The position numbers and the translations under genes were made by a program. The notes beneath the pieces are model-generated. The model did no database searches. It was not told the DNA's origin and was given only the letters and a program-made list of their open reading frames with translations. A DNA stretch of 64,000 bases from Flavobacteriales bacterium (lineage in GTDB: Bacteria; Bacteroidota; Bacteroidia; Palsa-965), in the NCBI GenBank assembly GCA_040377305.1, contig JBEIPA010000025.1, forward strand, positions 12,290 to 76,289, read 5' to 3'. Below are positions 40,191-48,708 of the stretch, in pieces. Within the stretch, counting starts at the first letter, position 1. Each line of letters opens with the position of its first letter.

Positions 40191-40844
40191 ATGAAAATAG
40201 CAGTATTCGGAACAGGAAATGTCGGAGACACCATCGGTTCAAAATTAATTGAGTTGGGACACACGGTAGTGATGGGCTCCAGAACAGCAGATAACGAAAA
40301 GGCGAAAGCTTTCGTTGCAAAACACAATGGTAAGGCTACAGCCGGAACATTTGCAGACGCAGCAGCATTCGGTGAAATGATTTTCAATTGCACCGCAGGT
40401 GTTGGTTCTGTTGAAGCCTTGAAATTGGCCGGAGAGAAAAACCTGAATGGCAAAGTGCTCGTTGATATTGCTAATCCGCTCGATTTCTCTAAAGGCATGC
40501 CACCAACACTTGCTGTTGTAAATACCAATTCACTCGGAGAAGAAATTCAGGCGACATTCCCGCAGCTCAAAGTTGTGAAAGCGCTCAACACGATGTGGTG
40601 CGGACTGATGGTTAATCCGATGATGATCAACGGCGGAGACCACCACACTTTTGTAAGCGGAAATGATGCAGATGCGAAAGAGCAAGTGAAGAAGATTCTT
40701 CGTTCATTCGGTTGGGCAGAAAATAATATTCTTGATCTGGGCGACATCACCAAAGCAAGAGGAACTGAGATGTATCTCCCACTCTGGCTGAGCATTTATG
40801 GTGCAACTAACAACGGCGCCTTCAATGTGAAACTGGTGAGCTAA
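40191..40844 (+). CDS. NADP oxidoreductase, F420-dependent-like family
   Basis: GTGNVG, GSR, VDIANP, VVKALNT, DLG. Confidence 0.9.
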   Translation: MKIAVFGTGNVGDTIGSKLIELGHTVVMGSRTADNEKAKAFVAKHNGKATAGTFADAAAFGEMIFNCTAGVGSVEALKLAGEKNLNGKVLVDIANPLDFSKGMPPTLAVVNTNSLGEEIQATFPQLKVVKALNTMWCGLMVNPMMINGGDHHTFVSGNDADAKEQVKKILRSFGWAENNILDLGDITKARGTEMYLPLWLSIYGATNNGAFNVKLVS

Positions 40845-40953
40845 TGAACCGCGGGCTCTCAAGTCACTGAGCCATCATTGCGTCTGTGTGGTATTCCGGA
40901 AACGGAGTACTGCACAGCATTTTGGTCTCTTGCAGCATGAAGGTGGTTACCTG

Positions 40954-41652
40954 TCAATCTGTTTCCGGTAACTTCTCTTTCCTTTTTTCCGGAGTGACCA
41001 ATCGTACCGATAAATATAGTTGCACGGATGCCGGTTTCATCTTGCGAGTAATGTACACCGTGTTGCCCGATGCGTCCTTGTAAACTGCATCTTCACGCAC
41101 CGGTGAATTTCCAGCTTGTGCAATCCGGAATCCTACATGCGTTTGACCCCTTCGACCTAATGAATAGTCAAAACCGATTACTGCAGAAGCCTGAAGCGGA
41201 CTCGATTTGTATCGGGACATCAAAGAATCGTTGCTGTAAAAATATGTTTGATTAAAATTCTTTTCGCCCATATCCACCACTCTGCGTACCGGCAAAAACA
41301 CATTCATACCGACAACCAAACAAGCCCTCTCTCCTACCGATAATCGCGCGCAAACATCTGTAGTAATTCCCCGCTGAATATGTTCTACAAATACTTTGTC
41401 ATCGAAAAAGTGACGGTAGTAGTTGGATTCCACTCCCATTGTGATCTGTAGTCCGACTTTTGAATCGGGAACCGGAATGTAACCCACGCTAAGCGAAAAA
41501 CTCTTACCCTTAAATGAACTTCCTTCGGATGCAATTCCCGGAAACAACATTCCACCACGCCCGGTGAGATACCACTGACCTGGAATTTTTCCGTGCGCAT
41601 TTGATGCGAGGAACATTACAGTAATCAAGATTAAAATACGGAAGGGAATCAT
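40954..41652 (-). CDS. Outer-membrane beta-barrel protein (PorT-like)
   Basis: Signal peptide and alternating beta-strands. Confidence 0.65.
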   Translation of the reverse strand: MIPFRILILITVMFLASNAHGKIPGQWYLTGRGGMLFPGIASEGSSFKGKSFSLSVGYIPVPDSKVGLQITMGVESNYYRHFFDDKVFVEHIQRGITTDVCARLSVGERACLVVGMNVFLPVRRVVDMGEKNFNQTYFYSNDSLMSRYKSSPLQASAVIGFDYSLGRRGQTHVGFRIAQAGNSPVREDAVYKDASGNTVYITRKMKPASVQLYLSVRLVTPEKRKEKLPETD

Positions 41653-41695
41653 CTACGATAAGACGAGAAATTGTTGACAGGTTGCCGCGCAGTAA

Positions 41696-42673
41696 TCAAT
41701 TTCCCGGCGGAATGGAGGCCGGTTTCTTACCCGGGAAACGTTCACACGGATTTTTCTGCTTCCTGAACCAGGTTCTTAATTGTTCTATGGTGTTCATCAT
41801 GTAAACCTGATCTACGCCTTCTCCCAGAAATCCCGCACCGTTGCGCGTCGCAAAAACAAGATCACTAATGCGCATTTCCGATACTGACATGGTCCACGCA
41901 GCATAGCAAACTTTTCCCTTCTTGCCTTGCTGTGCCTGATTATTGTAATCCTCCAGCCACGCATTAAGCAAGACCAGGTAATCAAAATCCTTCAGCACTT
42001 TTGCTTGCAGTCCCGGAACATTATGATGCCAACTCTTGATCATATCTTCATTGCAAAGTATGAAACTGCGATAGTGATTGTGATAAACAGTGCGACGCGG
42101 TCCTGGAAAGCGCACTTTTTCATCGTTACACATCAGGACAGCTGCAATATGACGCTTGCGCAACATTGCCTGTTCCATGGTTAGCTCATTTCCTTTCAGA
42201 TCGTGAACTTTCCACATCTTCGATTTACGTTCATCCGGGAAGAAAGAAATGATCAATGAACTATCCATAAGTATTACCTGCACCAACTGATTGTGCGTGC
42301 TATCGCCAATAAATGCACCCATCGATGCCCAGTAACAAGGCCAGCCTTCACGAATCCGTTGACGGTCACCGCTAAGGAGGTGGTTTACAATAGGTGAATT
42401 ATTCTTCCTTCCGAATTTCAGAAGTTCCTCAACGTACATTTCTTCATGAAATCTATCTGAAACAGATGTACGCAACAAACGTTTCTGCTCGAGACAAGAA
42501 TCAAGTTCATTTGAACTGGTCCAGAAATAAAAAGTGTTTGTCACTGGCAGATTGTTATTCACGATCTGCGGTCTGAGCCAATAACGAAGAATGGAATCAG
42601 TTGCACTTCCCTGTGCAAAAACAGTTGCAGAAAAAACAAAGAAGATCAGAATGACAAGTCCTTTCTTCTTCAT
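41696..42673 (-). CDS. Secreted hypothetical protein
   Basis: Signal peptide ending VFA-Q; starts 5 bp after the der stop. Confidence 0.75.
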   Translation of the reverse strand: MKKKGLVILIFFVFSATVFAQGSATDSILRYWLRPQIVNNNLPVTNTFYFWTSSNELDSCLEQKRLLRTSVSDRFHEEMYVEELLKFGRKNNSPIVNHLLSGDRQRIREGWPCYWASMGAFIGDSTHNQLVQVILMDSSLIISFFPDERKSKMWKVHDLKGNELTMEQAMLRKRHIAAVLMCNDEKVRFPGPRRTVYHNHYRSFILCNEDMIKSWHHNVPGLQAKVLKDFDYLVLLNAWLEDYNNQAQQGKKGKVCYAAWTMSVSEMRISDLVFATRNGAGFLGEGVDQVYMMNTIEQLRTWFRKQKNPCERFPGKKPASIPPGN

Positions 42674-42678
42674 CGTTC

Positions 42679-43983
42679 CTATTTTTTCCGGAACACAATT
42701 GCGATCGGAACTCCCGTGAAATTAAAATTCGCGCGGATTTGATTCTCGAGGAAACGCTTGTACGAGTCCTTCACGTATTGCGGGTGATTCACGAAGAATG
42801 CGAATACCGGCGTTTTAGTTGGAAGTTGAGTAACGTATTTGATCTTGATGTAAGACGACTTCACCGAAGGATGCGGATGACTCTCGATCATCGGCAACAA
42901 AAGATCGTTGAGCTTGTTTGTTGGAACGCGCTGCTTGCGACTCTGGTAAACTTCCATTGCAGTCTCAATTCCCTTCAGAACACGCTGCTTGGTGACTGCG
43001 GAAGTAAACACAATCGGAACGTCGTTGAAAGGTTTCATCTTCTCGTGAATGTCCTCTTCGAATTTCTTAACGGTCTTCGTGTCTTTCTCCACGAGATCCC
43101 ATTTGTTCACGAGCAACACAATGCCTTTACTGTTTTTTTGTGCAAGACCAACGATGTTCATATCCTGGCCTTCGAATCCAATAGTTGCATCCACAACAAG
43201 CACCACCACATCACAATCCTCAATTGCTTTGATTGTGCGCATCACCGAATAGAACTCAAGATCTTCATGCACTTTCGATTTCTTGCGAAGTCCGGCCGTA
43301 TCGATCAGAATTACATCGTGTCCAAAAGCTTTGTAATGCGTGTTGATTGCATCGCGCGTTGTTCCCGCGATCTCAGTCACAATATGTTTCTCTTCTCCGA
43401 GAAGGGCGTTCACAAGTGAAGACTTCCCTGCATTCGGACGTCCAACAATTGCTATGCGTGGTATTTCTAACTCCTGTTCAACTTCATCAGGACCCAAATG
43501 CTTCACAACTTCATCGAGTAACTCGCCGGTTCCTGATCCATTGTTTGAGGAAATCGCAATCGGATCTCCAAGACCCAGCGCGTAAAATTCTCCAACGAGA
43601 TCCTGACGCACTGCACTGTCGACTTTGTTCACGACAAGAATTGTTTTTTTCTTGCTGCGACGAACAAGATCAGCCACTTCTTCATCGAGCGGAGTAATTC
43701 CTTCTGATACATCCACAAGGAACATTAACATGGAAGCTTCAGTTAATGCAATCTTCACCTGGCGACGAATTTCTTCTTCGAAAATATCATCTGATCCTTC
43801 CACGTAACCGCCTGTGTCTACAACGGAAAACTTACGTCCGTTCCATTCACAGAAACCGTAATGACGGTCGCGTGTAACACCGGCAATTTCGTCAACAATT
43901 GCCTCACGGGTTTCCGTTAAACGATTGAAAAGTGTTGATTTCCCGACATTTGGGCGACCGATGATTGCGATGAGATTTGACAT
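42679..43983 (-). CDS. der: Ribosome biogenesis GTPase Der (EngA)
   Basis: Two G domains (GRPNVGKS, GRPNAGKS) plus KH-like tail; start MSNL after TATCTTTG. Confidence 0.97.
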   Translation of the reverse strand: MSNLIAIIGRPNVGKSTLFNRLTETREAIVDEIAGVTRDRHYGFCEWNGRKFSVVDTGGYVEGSDDIFEEEIRRQVKIALTEASMLMFLVDVSEGITPLDEEVADLVRRSKKKTILVVNKVDSAVRQDLVGEFYALGLGDPIAISSNNGSGTGELLDEVVKHLGPDEVEQELEIPRIAIVGRPNAGKSSLVNALLGEEKHIVTEIAGTTRDAINTHYKAFGHDVILIDTAGLRKKSKVHEDLEFYSVMRTIKAIEDCDVVVLVVDATIGFEGQDMNIVGLAQKNSKGIVLLVNKWDLVEKDTKTVKKFEEDIHEKMKPFNDVPIVFTSAVTKQRVLKGIETAMEVYQSRKQRVPTNKLNDLLLPMIESHPHPSVKSSYIKIKYVTQLPTKTPVFAFFVNHPQYVKDSYKRFLENQIRANFNFTGVPIAIVFRKK

Positions 43984-44157
43984 AAGTCTGCAAAGATAGG
44001 CAAACATCCGCCTCTGAGGAGGCAGTCACCCAGTAGCACTATTGCTAGTCGATCAAGTGTTGCAAAAGCCTGTTAAGCTAGCGCCATACCGCTTTTTGCT
44101 CCAAAGTAGGCCTTCGTACGGGGGCAAGCGCCGCAGGAAACCAAATGTATTTCGTTG

Positions 44158-46629
44158 CTACAGCGCGATGAACTTGCTGCGTCGAACAATTCCGGCCTGT
44201 TCAACAGTAATGGCATAGTGTCCGCCGTCCAAATCAGGTAGCAGTACGCGCGTCGTGCTTCCCGTAGGTTCAATGGCTTCAGTCCATACCATTTGCCCAA
44301 GTGAATTGTAAATGCGCAGTTGAATCAGTCCTGAACTCAGCGAATGAATTTCTGCCTGACTTTGTGCTTCTGCCGGATTCGGAAAAACGTGAACACCACT
44401 TTCCGAATCGGTATTTGCCGGTTGAATTCCCACTGGCATCTCGAAGTCGACCTTCAACACGTACATATCCCAACTTGGAGTGTTCAAACTATCTGCGTAA
44501 GCCCACGATGGAGTTGGTGCATTCCCGCTTCCAATACAAATTCCCAGATAAAGTACACCACTCGGACTATATCTGCTTGTTCCTCCATCAACGTGCCATC
44601 CGTAATAGAACGAACCGTAGAGAAGCTGAGTTGCATTCGTGCCCAATACAAGAAAATAACAACTACCACCGCCACATGAAGCCTGTGTAGAATACAATGC
44701 GTTTGCACTTACAGGATAGTTCACTTGTGAATTGAATCCGGAACAATAGATATTTCCATTGGCGTCAACCATAAATGCTTCCGGGTCGAGAAAAGAAGCT
44801 GGGCCGGCACCGAACACCGTTGAAAACTGCAGCGACACTAGTGCAGGATCGAACTTAGAAATGAAATTGCCCGCACCTGGATTACTGTAGACACCCGATG
44901 TAACCGGCATTGCACCTGTACTTGTTCCAAACACGTATGGATTTCCTCCTGCATCTATGTCCATGAAGTAGCAGATTTCATGAGCTACGGATCCAAAATA
45001 AGTTGCAGCTAGCAATGTACTTCCGGTTGCATCGAAGCTCGCGATAAATCCATCCGATGTTCCACCACTGAATGTGCCACTGTACGTGCCTGCTGTTGCC
45101 GGGAAATCGCTGCTACAAGTTACTCCTGCACAAAATACTTCTCCTGCCGCGTTCAACCGTAAAGCGTAGGCTCCATCTGCTGCACTACCGCCAATAAATG
45201 TACTCCATCCCAGATTGGAACAAGTTGGATCGAGTCGGAAAACAACACCATCCCATGTTCCTCCCAATGTGGTATCATGGGCTGTAGGTGTGGTAGGAAA
45301 ACCAGCGGATTCAGTGAAGCTTGCTACCCACGCATTTCCGACTGCGTCCACAATAATTTCTCCGCGCATTCCATCATGACCGTTCATGTTCCAGGGCATA
45401 CCCCATCCTCCACCATCGTTCCCGCTTCCGCCGATATAAGTTGAGCCAATAAGTGCGGTTCCACTGCCATTGATATGTGTAACCACGATATCATCATCAG
45501 TGCCTGAAGTACCATTGTGTGTTGCATCAAAACAACCCACCGTTGTTGGATAGTTAGGTGAATTACTTGCACCGAGCACATACAGTTCTCCACCTGTAAC
45601 AGCGAACAGACTGTTCGGGACTTCGCGTCCTGTGCCACCAATGTAAGTTGACCAATACAGACTCGATCCATTCGGATTCAGACACGACACTGCGATATCT
45701 ACATTACCTGCAAAGTTTACCTGGAACGATCCGCTTTGTGTTGGGTAACCAGGATTGAAACATTCGCCTGCGGTATAAATGTTGTCCCATGGATCATACG
45801 TTGCGCAGTGACCATACGTTGTTGTTGCCGCAGGTGCACCCGAATACGTTGCAGCCACTACAACCGGATCTATCGTTAAGGGATAATTCTCGTTGTATCC
45901 GTCAGGGAAATAAAATGAAACAGTATGCCCGTCGGTCGCGATCCTATATTCACAGCTCACCGGATATTTTACATTGTTGATTTCCTGATAGGAATAAGGA
46001 ATCTGTTCAACAATGTCGCCGGTTGAAAGATGAATAACCAATGAGTTATTCTGCAGTTCAATACCATCGGTTCCTGAAAAATTCATTTTGATCACAGCTG
46101 GATCGGCTCCCGGCGCAACGATTAAATCATATTTGAATCTGTCGTTTGTGCTGTACGCAGAAAGATTAATTCCAGTGTACAAGCCTGTGTAATTTACCTG
46201 CTCGTACGACGCAACTTCGGATGCCCATTTCGTTGGATCATTTCCGATAAAGTAGTTCGTGTAGTATGAGCGTGGACGTACTGCAGATGTAACAACTGCA
46301 GGGTTAGCTCCCTGAAATGTCATGCGGAATGCATGCAGATCAACAACCCCGTCTTTACGTGTGTCGTTATTTCCCTCCTGATGCGAATTTTCGTGAATCA
46401 AATCGAGTTGCGCCGGATTGTACTTCACGTAGGTAAAGCAATTGCGTTCCATAAAAAGCGTAGTACCCGATCCGATTCCAACTTTGTATTTTACTTGTTC
46501 AGGATACTGTGCGAGATTTTCTTCGAAGTCGATTTTGCCGGTTACCACCGCGTCGTTCATTTGCATCTGCGAATAAACCGCATATGGTGAAAGACAAATT
46601 ACAATTGAAGCGAGAACTACACGCTTCAT
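44158..46629 (-). CDS. SBBP beta-propeller protein with T9SS type-A CTD; paralog of 24651..28181
   Basis: Shares long identical stretches such as GGGWGMPWNMNGHDGMRGEI; ends VFPNPA...IYNSLGQ...SKFIAL; start MKRVV gives a signal peptide. Confidence 0.88.
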   Translation of the reverse strand: MKRVVLASIVICLSPYAVYSQMQMNDAVVTGKIDFEENLAQYPEQVKYKVGIGSGTTLFMERNCFTYVKYNPAQLDLIHENSHQEGNNDTRKDGVVDLHAFRMTFQGANPAVVTSAVRPRSYYTNYFIGNDPTKWASEVASYEQVNYTGLYTGINLSAYSTNDRFKYDLIVAPGADPAVIKMNFSGTDGIELQNNSLVIHLSTGDIVEQIPYSYQEINNVKYPVSCEYRIATDGHTVSFYFPDGYNENYPLTIDPVVVAATYSGAPAATTTYGHCATYDPWDNIYTAGECFNPGYPTQSGSFQVNFAGNVDIAVSCLNPNGSSLYWSTYIGGTGREVPNSLFAVTGGELYVLGASNSPNYPTTVGCFDATHNGTSGTDDDIVVTHINGSGTALIGSTYIGGSGNDGGGWGMPWNMNGHDGMRGEIIVDAVGNAWVASFTESAGFPTTPTAHDTTLGGTWDGVVFRLDPTCSNLGWSTFIGGSAADGAYALRLNAAGEVFCAGVTCSSDFPATAGTYSGTFSGGTSDGFIASFDATGSTLLAATYFGSVAHEICYFMDIDAGGNPYVFGTSTGAMPVTSGVYSNPGAGNFISKFDPALVSLQFSTVFGAGPASFLDPEAFMVDANGNIYCSGFNSQVNYPVSANALYSTQASCGGGSCYFLVLGTNATQLLYGSFYYGWHVDGGTSRYSPSGVLYLGICIGSGNAPTPSWAYADSLNTPSWDMYVLKVDFEMPVGIQPANTDSESGVHVFPNPAEAQSQAEIHSLSSGLIQLRIYNSLGQMVWTEAIEPTGSTTRVLLPDLDGGHYAITVEQAGIVRRSKFIAL

Positions 46630-46880
46630 AAGACGGAACAATAACATAGTGCTACTTGCACGAACGATTTGCAGGGTTTTCATAATCGCGATTCTAAAAT
46701 ATTTCAATTGAAAATTACGCCGATTCAGTGGCGAAGCAAAACCTAATCGGTCAAAACCTTTCGCGTTCACGAAGGCAGCAACAGGAAAACAACCGGAAAT
46801 TCGAGTCAATTCAACACACTACGAATGCGTTCACACGTGTGAGTATATAAAAAGCGAAAGGCCTGTTAAACCGGATTCTA

Positions 46881-47759
46881 CTATCTCAGATACCCAAATT
46901 TCTTAAGCGAACGATCCGACTCTCTCCAGTCTTTATCGACTTTCACGAAGAGCTCAAGAAACACTTTGCGATCGATAAATTTTTCAATGTCGATACGCGC
47001 TGATGTGCCGAGTTTCTTGATGGAACGTCCCTGATCGCCTAGAATGATTCCTTTTTGTGATTCCCGCATCACGTAAATAATCGCGCGGATTTTGGTGAGT
47101 GTATTCTTCACCTGAAATTCTTCCACGACCACTTCTACAGAATATGGAATTTCCTGATCGTAGAGGTGAAGAATTTTTTCGCGGATAATTTCTGCAACGA
47201 AGAATCGTTCCGGTTTATCCGTGAGTTCGTCTTTCGGAAAATATGCCGGATGCTCCGGAAGATGTGCAAGAATCTGTTTGAGAACGATGTCGGTATTCTT
47301 CTTTTTCAGAGCAGAAATCGGAATCATGATCGCCCCGGGAAATTCACGTTGCCATTTTTCTGCACTGCGCTCGAGACTGTCGCCACTCACAACATCCATC
47401 TTGTTGAGTAGAATCAGAACCGGACATTCTGCACTCTTGATTCGCGTGAATGCTTTTTCCTCAATCGGCTTGTCATCGGTAAGATCTACCACAAGTAGTA
47501 GAATATCCGCATCAGTGAGTGCATTCCCAACAAACTGCATCATGCCTTCCTGCAGCTTATATTTTGGAGCAATGATGCCAGGAGTATCCGAATAGATAAT
47601 CTGAAAATCCTCACCATTCACAATGCCCAGAATCCGATGACGCGTAGTCTGCGCTTTTGAGGTGATAATCGACAATCGCTCGCCAACCAGAATATTCATC
47701 AAGGTACTCTTACCCGCATTCGGGTTGCCCACAATATTTACGTAACCTGCTTTATGCAT
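46881..47759 (-). CDS. era: GTPase Era
   Basis: GNPNAGKSTL, QTTR, DTPG, NKMD, EIPYS, SQKGIILG KH domain. Confidence 0.97.
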   Translation of the reverse strand: MHKAGYVNIVGNPNAGKSTLMNILVGERLSIITSKAQTTRHRILGIVNGEDFQIIYSDTPGIIAPKYKLQEGMMQFVGNALTDADILLLVVDLTDDKPIEEKAFTRIKSAECPVLILLNKMDVVSGDSLERSAEKWQREFPGAIMIPISALKKKNTDIVLKQILAHLPEHPAYFPKDELTDKPERFFVAEIIREKILHLYDQEIPYSVEVVVEEFQVKNTLTKIRAIIYVMRESQKGIILGDQGRSIKKLGTSARIDIEKFIDRKVFLELFVKVDKDWRESDRSLKKFGYLR

Positions 47760-47858
47760 ATTGCAAAGTTACGGGTATGATCCTTGCGGAAGTGCAATCG
47801 CAAACAATTCGAACGGGCGATTCCTCCCGATTAACAAGTCAAAATCAAATTTGCGTAG

Positions 47859-47878
47859 TTACATGTATGTACATATAT
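47859..47878. promoter_or_regulatory. Palindromic operator upstream of yceI
   Basis: TTACATGTATGTACATATAT, 17/20 match to 16586-16605; overlaps TATATTTG. Confidence 0.65.
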
Positions 47879-47899
47879 TTGCGCACTCAAACTTAAGCC

Positions 47900-48562
47900 A
47901 TGAAAAAACTCATTCTGCCAATTATTGCGATCGCTGCATTCTTCGTTAGCTGCGATTCTGCTCCACAAGGAGACAACGCAACTGTAACCGACGAAAAAAC
48001 AGCAGCCGACAGTAACGGTGTTGCAATGACTATTGATACTTCAGCATCCAGCATTGGATTTACAGGCTGGGGTGTTGGGAAAAATCACCCGGGAAAATTT
48101 AAGCTCACCACAGGTTCAGTTACCGTGAAAGATGGCAACATTTCTTCAGGTACGTTCAGCATCAATATTAATTCCATGTCGATGGATCAACCGGAAGAGA
48201 TGTTTCAGACAAATCTGAAAGGTCATTTGCTGAGTGCAGATTTTTTCGATGCGACTGTTCATCCTGAAGCGAAATTTGAAATCACCGGTACTGAGGCCTA
48301 TACACCAACTGCAGGAGATACTTCAGTAGTTGCTGGTGCAAACACAAAAATCTCAGGAAATCTTACGCTGAAAGGAATTACGAAAAACGTAACATTCCCG
48401 GCGAAGGTTGACGTTTCAGAGAACGCAATTACTGCTGCTGCTAATTTTGACATTGATCGTACACTTTGGGATATGAATTACAATGGCGATAAAGAATCTG
48501 CAAAAGATAAATTCATCGCACACGAAGTGAATATTAGCTTGAACATTACGGCGAAGAAATAA
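47900..48562 (+). CDS. yceI: YceI-family polyisoprenoid-binding lipoprotein
   Basis: Lipobox FVSC; HLLSADFFD...HPEA.F, GNLTLKGITKNV.F, IDRT.W. Confidence 0.9.
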   Translation: MKKLILPIIAIAAFFVSCDSAPQGDNATVTDEKTAADSNGVAMTIDTSASSIGFTGWGVGKNHPGKFKLTTGSVTVKDGNISSGTFSININSMSMDQPEEMFQTNLKGHLLSADFFDATVHPEAKFEITGTEAYTPTAGDTSVVAGANTKISGNLTLKGITKNVTFPAKVDVSENAITAAANFDIDRTLWDMNYNGDKESAKDKFIAHEVNISLNITAKK

Positions 48563-48580
48563 TTGTATTCGTCGAAGACA

Positions 48581-48618
48581 ATTGACTGCTGTCTGACATT
48601 CTTTAGACAGCAGTCAAT
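48581..48618 (+). terminator. Hairpin after yceI
   Basis: Perfect 14-bp stem ATTGACTGCTGTCT/AGACAGCAGTCAAT. Confidence 0.65.
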
Positions 48619-48708
48619 ATTGGTCAATAACCACCCAATAATTGCCGATTATTTAATCCCGGCTTCCGTGATGGTTTGAGCATCTTTGTATTGCTCCAAC
48701 TCTTCACT

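Noticed and set aside
44010-44150. ncRNA between the SBBP gene and der
   Set aside because: Only short hairpins; no recognisable tRNA, SRP, tmRNA or riboswitch features
46630-46809. Long N-terminal extension of the SBBP paralog
   Set aside because: The signal peptide and paralog alignment favour the ATG at 46629
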